Below are positions 1 to 10,105 of a DNA stretch of 64,000 bases, piece after piece; the stretch's first letter is position 1; the number at the start of each line of letters is the position of its first letter. Both the position numbers and the translations under genes were made by a program. Under the pieces are notes generated by a model that worked only from the letters and a program-made list of their open reading frames with translations, made no database searches and had not been told where the DNA came from. This DNA comes from Acetobacteraceae bacterium (GTDB lineage Bacteria > Pseudomonadota > Alphaproteobacteria > Acetobacterales > Acetobacteraceae), in the NCBI GenBank assembly GCA_035532755.1, contig DATKQI010000279.1:2203-66202 (forward strand), written 5' to 3'.

Positions 1-239
1 ATGGCGAGCGGCTCCTTGACCTTGACGATCATCTCGGCCTTCGCCCAGATCGTATCCGCCTCGCCGATGATCGTGGCGCCTGCGCCCAGGTAGTCCTGGT
101 CGGCGATGCCGGCGCCCTTGCCGGCACCCTCTTCGACCCAGACTTCGTGGCCTTTTGCGGTGAGCTCACGCACCGATGACGGCACCAGCCCCACCCGATC
201 CTCGTGATCCTTGATCTCTTTCGGCACACCGATGCGCAT
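1..239 (-). CDS. ald: alanine dehydrogenase, N-terminal part (gene runs off the left edge)
   Basis: Reverse translation from the ATG at 239-237 reads MRIGVPKEIKDHEDRVGLVPSSVRELTAKGHEVWVEEGAGKGAGIADQDYL, the conserved Ald N-terminus. It is absent from the ORF track because it is truncated. Confidence 0.85.
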   Translation of the reverse strand, partial: MRIGVPKEIKDHEDRVGLVPSSVRELTAKGHEVWVEEGAGKGAGIADQDYLGAGATIIGEADTIWAKAEMIVKVKEPLA

Positions 240-323
240 CGATTTATCCTCCCTGGTCGGTTGTGATCGATGTTCCGATCGCTCACACCGGATTCTGAGC
301 GCTTATCGGTGCAATTTTCCGTC

Positions 324-367
324 ATTCCTATATGGATTTCGGCGAAATATTGGCAGATTATAGGAAT
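324..367. promoter_or_regulatory. candidate operator: 9-bp perfect inverted repeat ATTCCTATA-N26-TATAGGAAT in the ald/lrp-type divergent intergenic region
   Basis: Arms at 324-332 and 359-367 were read directly. They lie in an AT-rich spacer between divergent ald and the AsnC-type regulator. Confidence 0.3.
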
Positions 368-390
368 AACCGTCGATTGATTCGAAGTTC

Positions 391-858
391 ATGCCACCGA
401 TCGTTCTTGATGAACGGGATGTCCAGATTCTCAACGCGCTGCAAAGCGACGGCCGGCTGTCCAATGCCGAGCTGGCCGAGAAGGTGAATCTCTCACCCTC
501 TGCCTGCCTGCGTCGCGTCCATCTGCTGCTGGCGAATGGCCTCGTTGCCGGCACGCATCTCGTGCTCGACCAGAAGGCAGCGGGGTATCATGGCACCGCC
601 TATGTCTTCATCACGCTCGACGGCCAGGAACGCGAAAAGCTTGACGCCTTCGAGGCTCGGGTGAAGCTCGTACCGCAGATCCAGGAATGCTATCTGCTGG
701 CCGGCCAGGCGGACTACCTGTTGCGCATCATCTTTCATGACATGGAAGACCTCGAGCGCCTGCATTCCGAGGTGCTGACCCGCGTGCCTGGTGTCCTGCG
801 CGTGCAGTCGACGCTGACGCTTCGGACCGTCAAGCGGACAACGAGTCTGCCTTTGTGA
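391..858 (+). CDS. Lrp/AsnC family transcriptional regulator
   Basis: The N-terminal HTH reads LDERDVQILNALQSDGRLSNAELAEKVNLSPSACLRRV, followed by an AsnC-type ligand domain. It is divergent from ald, as in AldR-type arrangements. Confidence 0.9.
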   Translation: MPPIVLDERDVQILNALQSDGRLSNAELAEKVNLSPSACLRRVHLLLANGLVAGTHLVLDQKAAGYHGTAYVFITLDGQEREKLDAFEARVKLVPQIQECYLLAGQADYLLRIIFHDMEDLERLHSEVLTRVPGVLRVQSTLTLRTVKRTTSLPL

Positions 859-904
859 TGAACAGGCGTGATGCACCCGTCCGACGGGTGCGCGCCACTC
901 GGGA

Positions 905-1852
905 TCAGACGATGGATTTCAGCCAGGTGCCCGCTTTCTCGACCGCCTCGCGAGCACGGCTGACGCGACCGGTGGCGCGCATGAAGCCGTGCAGCATGCC
1001 CAGGAAGACCTCGCTTTCTGTCCGCACGTCGGCGGCGATCAGCCGCTGCGCCAGCGCTTCACCTTCGCTGCGCAGGACATCAAGCTCGGCCAAGTGCAGC
1101 AGAACCGGCGGCAGGCCGGCGAGATCGGCGCGCAAAGGCGCGGCGAGAGGATGGCATCCGTCCAGCCCATGCGGCAGATAGGAAGCCCAATAGAATTCCA
1201 TCTTTTCCCGCGTCAGCCCATATCCTTCGGCGAACTCCCGATAGCTGTCAGTGTCGAAGGCGCGGTCGCAGACCGGGTAGGCGGCGAGTACGCCGCGCAG
1301 AACGGGCTCGCCCGCATCGCGCAGCAGCAGGGCGGTGGCGAGTGCGAGGTTGCCGCCGGCTGAATCGCCACCCACGATCAGCCGCGTACCGTCCAGCCCC
1401 CAGGCCGTGCCCGCGGTCGCCACGTGGCGCACCACGGCCGCACATTCCTCCAGTGCCTGTGGAAACCTGGCCTCCGGCGAAAGTGCATAATCGACGCTGA
1501 CGACCGCCATCTCTCCAGCCGCAGCATATTCGCGCGCCACCCGATCGTGCGTATCGAGAGACGACCAGACCCAGCCGCCGCCATGGAAATATACCAGCGC
1601 TGGCAAAGGCCGGTCGGTGTGCGGCCGGTGCACGCGGCACAGGATGCGCCGCCCGCGAGCGGCCACCCAGCGATCGGTGCTCTCCGCCATCGTCGGGCCG
1701 CCTTGTGCCGCGATCAGGTTCAGCGTGTCATTGATCGCGCGGGACGCCTCGAACGGCATGACCAGTTCGATCGGTGGGTATTTGGCCGCCTCGGCATCGT
1801 AAGCGGCCTGGGCCTGCCGCATCTCCATATCCAGCCGTGGGTCGTCTTTCAT
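905..1852 (-). CDS. alpha/beta hydrolase, HSL-family carboxylesterase/lipase
   Basis: Carries the HGGGW oxyanion motif and the GDSAGG nucleophile elbow. I chose the start at MKDDPRLD (ATG 1852); the track ORF begins 13 codons upstream. Confidence 0.85.
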   Translation of the reverse strand: MKDDPRLDMEMRQAQAAYDAEAAKYPPIELVMPFEASRAINDTLNLIAAQGGPTMAESTDRWVAARGRRILCRVHRPHTDRPLPALVYFHGGGWVWSSLDTHDRVAREYAAAGEMAVVSVDYALSPEARFPQALEECAAVVRHVATAGTAWGLDGTRLIVGGDSAGGNLALATALLLRDAGEPVLRGVLAAYPVCDRAFDTDSYREFAEGYGLTREKMEFYWASYLPHGLDGCHPLAAPLRADLAGLPPVLLHLAELDVLRSEGEALAQRLIAADVRTESEVFLGMLHGFMRATGRVSRAREAVEKAGTWLKSIV

Positions 1853-1950
1853 GCAAATCTCCGCGCCGCTATGGCATCCTGGCCCATGCAATGGCAGCTT
1901 TGTGCGTTTGGCAACCCGGCCAGAGTTGATCGATGATCCAGTGACGCCAC

Positions 1951-4377
1951 ATGCTGCAACGCAACATGATGATCAGGTCCCCCGGAACATTCGGCCACTT
2001 CCGCCTTGAAAGCCTGTTTCGTCCCGCTTCCGTCGCGGTGGTCGGCGCCGGCACGGCCATGGGCGGGCTGGTCATGGGAAATCTGCTGGCCGGCGGTTTT
2101 GGCGGGGCGATCCTGCCCGTCGCGCAGGATGGGCCGTCTGTTGCCGGTGTCCTGGCCTACCCGGCGATCGCCGATTTGCCGCTGGCGCCAGATCTCGCCG
2201 TCATCGCGAGCGCGCCGGAGGCGGTCGGCCCTGCGCTGGCGGCCCTGGCCGCACGCGGCACATGGGCGGCGGTGGTGATGGGCCAGGCGCCGAACCTGCG
2301 GGAAGCGGCGCTGCAAACCGGCGTGCGGGTGCTGGGGCCAGGCTCGTTCGGCATTGCCGTGCCGGCAAGCGGCTTGAATGCGTCCTGCGCGCACCTGCCT
2401 CCCCCGGCCGGGCGGATGGCATTGCTGTCGCAATCGGCGGCGCTGTGCAGGGCAGTGCTGGATTGGGCGGGGCCGAACGGGGTTGGATTCAGCCACGTGA
2501 TTGGGATCGGCGGTAACGCCGACATCGGCTTCGGCATGGTGCTGGACTGGCTTTCGCGCGATTCTGGAACCGGGGCAATCCTGCTGGATATCCGGCTGAT
2601 CCGCGACAGTCGCATTTTCCTTTCAGCTGCTCGTGCCGCCGCGCGGCTGCGGCCGGTGATGGCGATACGGGCCGGCGGCCTGCTCGCCGACCCGTCGGGC
2701 TGGACGGATGCGGTGTTTGACGCGGCATTGCATCGCGCCGGCATCCTCACCGTGTCCACCTTGGAAGACCTGCTTGCCGCTACCGAAACGCTGACGCGGG
2801 CGGCTCCGCTGCGCAACGAGGGTCTCGCCATCGTCACAAATGCGATCGGGCCGGCCGCCTTCGCTGCCGATGCAGTGCTGCGCGACGGTCTGGCATTCGC
2901 CCGGCTGACGCCGCAAACCCGCCAGGCATTAGCCGTCGCGCTGCCGGTTGGGATGAAAGTGGCGGAGGCAGGGCCTATCTATGTTGGCCTCGACGCATCG
3001 ACCCGACTGGCCGAGATTGCAGCCATGCTGGCCGCCTGTCCTGAGGTGGGGGGTGTGTTGGTGGTGCATGCGCCCACCGGCCCATCCGATGCGGCGGGAA
3101 TCGAGGCATTGGCCGCGACCGCCGCGACCATCCGCATCCCGCTGATCGCCTGCGTGATGGGGGAGAGCACCGCCGCCGCGCATCGGCAGCGCTTGGTCGA
3201 AGCCGGCGTGCCTGTTTTCGCCGCCCCGGCACAGGCTGTGCGAGGGTTGCTGCATCTTGTGCAAAGCCGCCGCAGTCGCGCCGCCGCGCGCGAATTGCCA
3301 CCCCGCACGGTGCTGGCATTGGCGCCGGACCGGGATGGCGTGCGCGGCCTGTTCGCTGCGGTCCGCCGGGCAGGTCGGCTCGCGCTGACGCAGGACGAAG
3401 CACTTTCGGTGATGACCGCCTACGGCCTGCCCATAATGTCTGCCAGGCATCGCCACCCTGGGCATGGGCAGGAACTGCTGATCCGAGTGAATGACGATGC
3501 GGTGTTCGGTATGGCCGTAGGCTTTGGCCAGGGTGGCACGCCGGCTGCGATCCCGCATGACATCGCGGTCGATCTGCCGCCGTTGAATCTGCCGTTGGCC
3601 CGCGCGTTGATGGCCCGTACCCGTGTCGCCGCCGCGCTGGCCGCCGCGCCGGACCGATCACAAGTAGATTCTGCGCCCGTGGCCGACGCACTGGTGCGCA
3701 TCAGCCAGCTCATCATCGACTTCCCGGAGATCGCGACCATCGAGATCAATCCGTTGCTCGCTGACGCGGGCGGCGTGGTCGCGGCGCATGCCGGGCTCAC
3801 GCTGCGTCCTTTCGGCGCGCCACCGGGTCGTTTGTCGATCCCACCCTACCCGACCGAACTCACCGGCTGTTTCCAGGCAGGGCTGGATCGGCTGGTGATC
3901 CGCCCGATCCGCCCGGAGGATGCGGAGGCCCATCTGGAACTCTTCCGCGCCCTCGCGCCGGAGGATGTGCGGATGCGGTTCTTCACCAGCCTGCGCGAGC
4001 TGCCGCCGGAGCAGATCATCAGCATGACGCAGGTGGATTACGAGCGGGAGATGGCCTTCGTCGCGGTGCGCGACGACCCTGCGGAGACGGTGGGTGTTGC
4101 CCGCCTCGTGCGCGGGACGGACGGAACCGAGGGCGAATTCGCCGCCGTCGTCCATCCCGCGATGAAGGGCAGGGGCATCGCCACCCATCTGATGGAACGG
4201 CTGATCGACTGGGCGCGCGCACACGGCGTGCAGCGGATCATCGGGCTGGTGCTCGCGGAGAACGCGCCGATGATGGGATTCGTCCGCCACCTGGGCTTCA
4301 CCCTGCGTCGATTGCCGGAAGAGTCCGATATTGTCGAAGCCCGGCTGTCGCTGGATCCGGATCAATCCGAGCGCTGA
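1951..4377 (+). CDS. bifunctional ADP-forming acetyl-CoA synthetase-like / GNAT acetyltransferase (Pat-type protein acetyltransferase architecture)
   Basis: 808 aa. Has an N-terminal CoA-binding/succinyl-CoA-synthetase-like region (FRPASVAVVGAG), an ATP-grasp-like middle, and a C-terminal GNAT domain (RIRPEDAEAH...AVVHPAMKGRGIATHLM). Confidence 0.75.
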   Translation: MLQRNMMIRSPGTFGHFRLESLFRPASVAVVGAGTAMGGLVMGNLLAGGFGGAILPVAQDGPSVAGVLAYPAIADLPLAPDLAVIASAPEAVGPALAALAARGTWAAVVMGQAPNLREAALQTGVRVLGPGSFGIAVPASGLNASCAHLPPPAGRMALLSQSAALCRAVLDWAGPNGVGFSHVIGIGGNADIGFGMVLDWLSRDSGTGAILLDIRLIRDSRIFLSAARAAARLRPVMAIRAGGLLADPSGWTDAVFDAALHRAGILTVSTLEDLLAATETLTRAAPLRNEGLAIVTNAIGPAAFAADAVLRDGLAFARLTPQTRQALAVALPVGMKVAEAGPIYVGLDASTRLAEIAAMLAACPEVGGVLVVHAPTGPSDAAGIEALAATAATIRIPLIACVMGESTAAAHRQRLVEAGVPVFAAPAQAVRGLLHLVQSRRSRAAARELPPRTVLALAPDRDGVRGLFAAVRRAGRLALTQDEALSVMTAYGLPIMSARHRHPGHGQELLIRVNDDAVFGMAVGFGQGGTPAAIPHDIAVDLPPLNLPLARALMARTRVAAALAAAPDRSQVDSAPVADALVRISQLIIDFPEIATIEINPLLADAGGVVAAHAGLTLRPFGAPPGRLSIPPYPTELTGCFQAGLDRLVIRPIRPEDAEAHLELFRALAPEDVRMRFFTSLRELPPEQIISMTQVDYEREMAFVAVRDDPAETVGVARLVRGTDGTEGEFAAVVHPAMKGRGIATHLMERLIDWARAHGVQRIIGLVLAENAPMMGFVRHLGFTLRRLPEESDIVEARLSLDPDQSER

Positions 4378-4455
4378 CGGCCCAGGGGCTCTATGCGGCA
4401 TGGCGAGGGCGCATTACCTTTACGGGCGACATCTTGCCGAACTCCGAGGAGCGCC

Positions 4456-5598
4456 ATGGACAAGTCTCTCGCCGACACACTCACCACCTGGCGCCGCCAT
4501 CTGCACACGCACCCGGAACTCTCGCTGCAGGAGGCGCAGACCGCGGCTTTCGTCTGCGCGCGCCTGGCCGAACTTGGCGTTCCCTTCACGGCGAATGTCG
4601 GCGGACATGGCGTGGTCGCCACCCTCAATCGCGGCGGCTCCAACCGCGCCGTCGGCCTCCGTGCGGACATGGACGCGCTGCCGATCACGGAATCCACCGG
4701 CGTGCCCTACGCCTCCGCCAACCCGGGCGTGATGCACGCATGCGGCCATGACGGCCATACCGCGTCCCTGCTCGGCGCCGCGGCCCTGCTCGCGCAGGAC
4801 GCCTCCTGGTCCGGCACCGTCCATTTCGTCTTCCAGCCGGCGGAGGAAGGCTACGGTGGAGCAAAATCGATGCTGGCCGACGGGTTGCTGACACGCTTCC
4901 CGATGGAGCGCATCTTCGGCTACCACAACTGGCCGGGCCTGGAAGCCGGCACGGTGATGCTGCATGACGGGCCGGTGATGGCCTCCGGCGCGCGCGTCAT
5001 CATCACCCTGCGCGGCCACGCCGGCCACGCCGCCATGCCGCATCTGACGCGCGATCCTGTGCTGGCGGCGGCGCATGTCCTGGTTGCGCTGCAATCCATC
5101 GTCTCCCGGGCGGTCGATCCGCTGGATGCGGCGGTGCTGTCGATCTGCATGATCGAGGGTGGGCTGGCCGCCAACCAGATCCCGCAGCAGGCAGTCATGC
5201 GCGGCACCTTCCGCACGCTGCGCCGCACGGTGCGCGACCAGATGGAGGCCGACATCCGCCGCATCGCCGAGGGTATCGCCCAGAGCTTCGGCATGGCGGC
5301 GGACGCCGAAATCCGCCATGGCATGGGCAACACGACGAACACGAAACCCGAGGCCGAGCTTGCCGCACGTGCCGCGGCCGGCGCGGGCCTCACCGTCCGC
5401 CGGGATCTGCCGCCCAGCATGGCCAGCGAGGATTTCGGATGGTACCTCGAAGAAATCCCGGGTGCCTTCGCCTGGATCGGCAACGGCCCGTCCACAGGCG
5501 GGCGGGAACTGCACAACCCCAACTTCGACTACAACGATTCGATCTTGCCGGTGGCCGCGACCTTCCTGGCATCCACCGCGAAGGCGGCGTTGCGTTAG
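4456..5598 (+). CDS. M20 family amidohydrolase (hippurate hydrolase / N-acyl-amino acid amidohydrolase type)
   Basis: Contains WRRHLHTHPELS, HACGHDGH and FQPAEEG motifs. The ATG at 4456 is preceded by GAGGAG. Confidence 0.85.
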   Translation: MDKSLADTLTTWRRHLHTHPELSLQEAQTAAFVCARLAELGVPFTANVGGHGVVATLNRGGSNRAVGLRADMDALPITESTGVPYASANPGVMHACGHDGHTASLLGAAALLAQDASWSGTVHFVFQPAEEGYGGAKSMLADGLLTRFPMERIFGYHNWPGLEAGTVMLHDGPVMASGARVIITLRGHAGHAAMPHLTRDPVLAAAHVLVALQSIVSRAVDPLDAAVLSICMIEGGLAANQIPQQAVMRGTFRTLRRTVRDQMEADIRRIAEGIAQSFGMAADAEIRHGMGNTTNTKPEAELAARAAAGAGLTVRRDLPPSMASEDFGWYLEEIPGAFAWIGNGPSTGGRELHNPNFDYNDSILPVAATFLASTAKAALR

Positions 5599-5608
5599 AT
5601 CACGCCAC

Positions 5609-5992
5609 TCATACGTGGAAGCTCTCGCCGCAGCCGCAGCGGCCCTTCTCGTTCGGATTGACGAAATTGAACCCCGAAGATAGCGCATCCACGGTGTAGT
5701 CCATCACCGTGCCGATCAGGAACAGGCTTGCCTTGCGCTCTACCAGCACGGTCAGCCCCTGGTCGGTCACCACTTCATCGCCCGGGCCCGGTGCGTTCAC
5801 CCAACTCATGTCGTAGGACATGCCGGAGCAGCCTTTCGTGCTCACGCCGATGCGCAGCAGCATTCCCTCCTGACCAGCCGCATACAGCTTGCGCAGCCGT
5901 TCGGCAGCGGCATCCGTCAGCCGCATCAGCGGCGGCAGGGCGCGGGCGGGCTTCTTGCCTTGCGTATCGGATGCTTGCAGGGTCGTGCTCAT
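5609..5992 (-). CDS. sufA: A-type Fe-S cluster carrier (SufA/IscA/ErpA family)
   Basis: Has CSGMSY and the C-terminal CGCGESF motifs, and is the last gene of the suf operon. Confidence 0.85.
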   Translation of the reverse strand: MSTTLQASDTQGKKPARALPPLMRLTDAAAERLRKLYAAGQEGMLLRIGVSTKGCSGMSYDMSWVNAPGPGDEVVTDQGLTVLVERKASLFLIGTVMDYTVDALSSGFNFVNPNEKGRCGCGESFHV

Positions 5993-6008
5993 CGCGGTGC
6001 CCTTCCTC

Positions 6009-6377
6009 TCAATACATGTTCAGTTGCAGCCGGGCTTCCTCGCTCATCCGGCTCTGGTCCCACGGCGGATCCCACACGGTTTCCACCTCGGCGCCGGTCA
6101 CGCCCGGCACCGCCATCACGGCTTCGCGCACCTGCTCCGGCAGTTCCTGCGCGCTCGGGCAGGCCGGCGCGGTCAGCGTCATCTCCACCTTCACGTGGCC
6201 GTCATCGCCGATGTCGATCGCGTAGATCAGGCCAAGCTCGTAGATGTTCACCGGGATTTCCGGGTCGTACACGGTGGCGATGGCGTCGATCAGCGCGGCC
6301 TCACTGGGCTTGCCAGCGGTCTCGCCGTCCGGCGTCCAGGCCGCGTGCGGCTGCTCGGCAAGCGGGGAGTCAGTCAT
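6009..6377 (-). CDS. sufT: SUF system Fe-S assembly protein, DUF59/SufT type
   Basis: Has the DUF59 core VYDPEIPVNIYELGLIY...LTAPACP. The ATG at 6377 overlaps the sufU stop. Confidence 0.8.
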   Translation of the reverse strand: MTDSPLAEQPHAAWTPDGETAGKPSEAALIDAIATVYDPEIPVNIYELGLIYAIDIGDDGHVKVEMTLTAPACPSAQELPEQVREAVMAVPGVTGAEVETVWDPPWDQSRMSEEARLQLNMY

Positions 6378-6822
6378 CAGCCACCTCCTGGCCGCCATCC
6401 AGCGCGGCCGTCAGCGCGTGCCATGGCAACGTGGCGCATTTCACGCGCGAGGGGAATTCATGCACCCCGGCAAAGACGCGCAGCGATTCCATCGCCGCGT
6501 CGCAATCCGGGCAGTTTCCGGTGCGCACCATCGTGGCGAAATCGGCGAACAGCCGTTTTGCCTCAGTGGAAGTGCGGCCCGCCACCGCCTCGGCCATCAG
6601 GTCGGCCGAGGCCACCGAGATCGCGCAGCCCCGCGCCTCGAACCCGGTCTGCGCGATCCGCTTCATCTCATCGAGGCGCACCCACACCTGCACGCGGTCA
6701 CCGCACATCGGGTTGTCGCCCTTGGCGGTGGTATCGAACACGGCCAGCCGATGCCCGTGCCGCGGCGCGCGCCCGTGGTCGAGGATCACTTCCTGGTACA
6801 GCTCGCGCAGATCGTCGAACAT
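6370..6822 (-). CDS. sufU: SufU-type (NifU N-terminal domain) Fe-S scaffold / sulfur acceptor
   Basis: Three conserved Cys contexts are present: NPMCGD, ARGCAIS and RVKCATLPW. I chose the start at MFDDLRELYQ (6822), which abuts the sufS stop. Confidence 0.75.
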   Translation of the reverse strand: MFDDLRELYQEVILDHGRAPRHGHRLAVFDTTAKGDNPMCGDRVQVWVRLDEMKRIAQTGFEARGCAISVASADLMAEAVAGRTSTEAKRLFADFATMVRTGNCPDCDAAMESLRVFAGVHEFPSRVKCATLPWHALTAALDGGQEVADD

Positions 6823-8078
6823 CAAGCGAAGAACTCCCGCACCCGTTCCAGGGCTTCCGCCAGCGCGTCGATTTCGGATTTTGTCGTATACATTCCGAAA
6901 CTCGCACGTGCGGTGCTCTCCACCCCGAAGCGATGCATCAGCGGTTCGGCGCAATGGTGGCCCGCGCGGACGGCGATTCCCTGGCGATCCAGCAGCGTGG
7001 CCACGTCGTGCGCATGGGCACCCTTCAGCGTGAATGAAACCACGCCCCCCCGGTCCTGCGCCCGGCCCAGAATCCGTACGCCGGGAATCGCGGAAAGGCT
7101 GGCGATGGCGTGCTCGGTCAACGCCGCCTCGTGCGCCGAGATCGCTTCGAACCCGATTGCCTCCACATAGGCGATAGCCGCGGCAAGCCCGATGCCCTCG
7201 ACGATCGCCGGCGTGCCCGCCTCGAACTTGTGCGGCACCTGTGCCCAGGTACTGTGCTCGAAGCTGACAGAGGAGATCATCTCCCCTCCGCCCATGAATG
7301 GCGGCATCGCTTCCAGCAGTTCAGCCCGGCCCCACAGCACGCCGATCCCCGTGGGGCCATACAGCTTGTGACCGGTGAACACATAAAAATCCGCATCCAG
7401 CGCCTGCACGTCCACCACCCGGTGCACCGCGGCCTGGGAGCCATCGAACAGCACTTTCGCCCCGGCCGCGTGCGCCATCGCGGCGATCCGCTGCGCCGGC
7501 GTATAGGTTCCCAGCACGTTCGACATGTGGGTGATGGCGACCAGCCCCACCTTTCCATCCGCCAGATGCGTGGCCAGGCTCTCCAGATCAAGCTCGCCCG
7601 CATCCGTCACCTTCGCCACGCGCATCTCGGTGCCATGCGCATCCCGCAGCATCTGCCAGGGGATGATGTTGGAGTGGTGCTCCATCTCACTGATCACCAC
7701 TGCCTGGCCGGGCTTCATCACGCCGCGCCCGTAGCTGTGCGCGACAAGATTGATCGCCTCGGTGCTGTTGCGTACGAATACGATCTCCTCGCGCGCGCGC
7801 GCGTTCAGCAGCCGCGCGGCGGCATCGCGCGCGCCCTCGTACGCATCGGTGGTGCGTTCGCTCATCCAGTGCAGGCCGCGATGGACGTTGGCGTACTGCG
7901 TTTCCATCGTAGTGCTCATCGCCGCGATCACCGTGCGCGGTTTCTGCGCCGAGGCCGCGCTGTCGAGGAAGACGAGCTTCTTGCCGCGGACGGTCTGCGA
8001 CAGGATCGGGAAATCCGCACGGACTGCCTCCACGTCCAGCATCGCCGTCGGCCGCTTGATGGATGTCGCGATGCTCAT
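6822..8078 (-). CDS. sufS: cysteine desulfurase SufS (class II aminotransferase V)
   Basis: Carries typical SufS motifs (HRGLHWMS, ITHMSNVLG, FTGHKLYGPTGIGVLWG, RAGHHCAEP). There is an ATGA start/stop overlap with sufD at 8075-8078. Confidence 0.93.
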   Translation of the reverse strand: MSIATSIKRPTAMLDVEAVRADFPILSQTVRGKKLVFLDSAASAQKPRTVIAAMSTTMETQYANVHRGLHWMSERTTDAYEGARDAAARLLNARAREEIVFVRNSTEAINLVAHSYGRGVMKPGQAVVISEMEHHSNIIPWQMLRDAHGTEMRVAKVTDAGELDLESLATHLADGKVGLVAITHMSNVLGTYTPAQRIAAMAHAAGAKVLFDGSQAAVHRVVDVQALDADFYVFTGHKLYGPTGIGVLWGRAELLEAMPPFMGGGEMISSVSFEHSTWAQVPHKFEAGTPAIVEGIGLAAAIAYVEAIGFEAISAHEAALTEHAIASLSAIPGVRILGRAQDRGGVVSFTLKGAHAHDVATLLDRQGIAVRAGHHCAEPLMHRFGVESTARASFGMYTTKSEIDALAEALERVREFFA

Positions 8079-9355
8079 GCCACCTGCCTCGTCCACCAGT
8101 TTTCCACGGCATGCTCCAGCGCGGCCCGCGCCGGCTCGTGCGTGATCGGGTCGAGCGCCTCGGCCAGGAAGGCCCGCACCAGGATCGCCCGCGCATCCGC
8201 AAGGGCGATGCCGCGGCTGCGCAGATAGAACAGCTGCTCAGGGTCAAGCTCCCCCACCGTCGCGCCGTGGCTGCATTTCACGTCGTCGGCGAAGATTTCA
8301 AGCTCCGGCTTGCAGTCGATCTCGGCATCCGGGGAAAGCAGCAGCGCCTGGTTCATCTGGTAGCCATCGGTCTTCTGCGCGATCCGCGCGACCTCGATCC
8401 GCCCCTGGAATACGCCGCGCGCGTGGTCGGTCAGCACCGATTTCACGGTCTGGCGGGAAGCGCAGCCGGGCGCGTCGTGGGACACGATCGTGGTGAAATC
8501 CGCATGCTGCGTCCCGCCAAGAAGCTGCGCGGCATTCAGATGCGCCGCCGCGCCCGTCCCGGTCAAGCGTGCGTGAATCTCCGTCCGCCCCAGCCGCGCC
8601 CCCAGGATCAGCGAAAATCCATCATACGTGCCGCCACCCGCCACATCGGCATAGATGGTCGCCAGATGGAATGCGTCATGGCTCTCGTCTTGCAGCCGGA
8701 TATGCGCCAGATGCGCATCCTTGCCCACGGTGATCTCGCTCACCGGGTTATGCAGGTACACGCCCTCGCCCGCCGCCACCTCGATCACCGTCAACCGCGC
8801 ACCCGCTTCCAGCCTCAGCACATGCCGCGGATGGAACGCGACCGGCCGTGCCGCTGTGCCGCTCGCAAGGCTCACCAGCAGCAGCGTGCCGCCGTCATGT
8901 CCCGCGGGCACGGTGATCACCGCGCCGTCCTGCGCCAGCATCGTGTTCAGCGCGGCCAGGCTCTCCCGCTCCGGCCGCGCGAGCCCGCCAAACGCGGGTT
9001 CGGCCGCGAAGCTCTCCGTCATCATTCCGGTCGGCATCACCGACAGATCGGCGCGAAATCGTCCATCGACCAGTACGATGCGCGGTGCGGCGATCGCCGG
9101 AAGCCGCGCCAGCAGGTCGGTGCCGCCGATCGCGGGTGTGAGCGGGCCATGAAAACCCTGCTCCGCCATCGGGCGCAGATTGGTGTAGCGCCATGCCTCC
9201 TGCCGCACCGAAGGCAGGCCCGCCGTACGGAAGGCGTCCGCAGCGGCCTCGCGCACCGCCGCATCGCCGGGCAGCCGGTCGCGAAGTCCCTCGAACCGCG
9301 CGAGAAACCCCGCAGCACCGGCAGCCAGCACGCTCGATGGAAGCACGGTGTTCAT
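8075..9355 (-). CDS. sufD: Fe-S cluster assembly protein SufD
   Basis: 426 aa, positioned between sufC and sufS, with a C-terminal beta-helix region conserved with SufB (CSHGATVGELD). Confidence 0.9.
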   Translation of the reverse strand: MNTVLPSSVLAAGAAGFLARFEGLRDRLPGDAAVREAAADAFRTAGLPSVRQEAWRYTNLRPMAEQGFHGPLTPAIGGTDLLARLPAIAAPRIVLVDGRFRADLSVMPTGMMTESFAAEPAFGGLARPERESLAALNTMLAQDGAVITVPAGHDGGTLLLVSLASGTAARPVAFHPRHVLRLEAGARLTVIEVAAGEGVYLHNPVSEITVGKDAHLAHIRLQDESHDAFHLATIYADVAGGGTYDGFSLILGARLGRTEIHARLTGTGAAAHLNAAQLLGGTQHADFTTIVSHDAPGCASRQTVKSVLTDHARGVFQGRIEVARIAQKTDGYQMNQALLLSPDAEIDCKPELEIFADDVKCSHGATVGELDPEQLFYLRSRGIALADARAILVRAFLAEALDPITHEPARAALEHAVENWWTRQVA

Positions 9356-10101
9356 GCCGCCTCGGCCGCAAGGTTCGCGTAGCCATGCGCTTCCAGCTCA
9401 TGCGCCAGTTCGGGCCCGCCGGAGCGCACGATCCGCCCGGCTGCGAGCACGTGCACCCGGTCCGGAACGATATGGTCCAGCAGCCGCTGGTAATGGGTGA
9501 TCACCAGCGCCGAGAAGGCGGGCCCGCGCAGCGCGTTCACCCCCTCGGCCACGATCTTCAGCGCATCGATATCAAGCCCGCTGTCGGTCTCGTCGAGAAT
9601 GGCGAGCTTCGGCCGCAGCACCGCCATCTGCAACACCTCGTTGCGCTTCTTCTCGCCGCCCGAGAAACCCACGTTCACGTTGCGCTTCAGCATTTCCTCG
9701 GGCATCGACAGCCGCTTCACCTCGGCGCGGGCGAGCTTGAGGAACTGGATCGCATCCAGCTCCGCCTCGCCGCGGCCGCGGCGGATCGCGTTCAGCGCCG
9801 TGCGCATGAAATTCGCATTCCCCACGCCCGGAAGTTCCACCGGATACTGGAAGGCGAGGAACAGCCCGGCGGCGGCGCGCGCCTCCGGCTCCATCGCCAG
9901 CAGGTCCTGTCCGTCGAATGTCGCAGTGCCGCTCGTCACCGTATAACCTTCGCGGCCGGAAAGCACGTAGGAGAGGGTGGATTTGCCCGCTCCGTTCGGC
10001 CCCATGATGGCATGCACCTCGCCGTCCGGCACCGTCAGGCTCACGCCGTCTAGGATGGCCTTGCCGTCGATTTCCGCGCTCAAACCCTCGATCTTCAACA
10101 T
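9352..10101 (-). CDS. sufC: Fe-S cluster assembly ATPase SufC
   Basis: Walker A GPNGAGKST, ABC signature FSGGEKKR, Walker B LAILDETDSGLD. Confidence 0.95.
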   Translation of the reverse strand: MLKIEGLSAEIDGKAILDGVSLTVPDGEVHAIMGPNGAGKSTLSYVLSGREGYTVTSGTATFDGQDLLAMEPEARAAAGLFLAFQYPVELPGVGNANFMRTALNAIRRGRGEAELDAIQFLKLARAEVKRLSMPEEMLKRNVNVGFSGGEKKRNEVLQMAVLRPKLAILDETDSGLDIDALKIVAEGVNALRGPAFSALVITHYQRLLDHIVPDRVHVLAAGRIVRSGGPELAHELEAHGYANLAAEAA

Positions 10102-10105
10102 GGCC

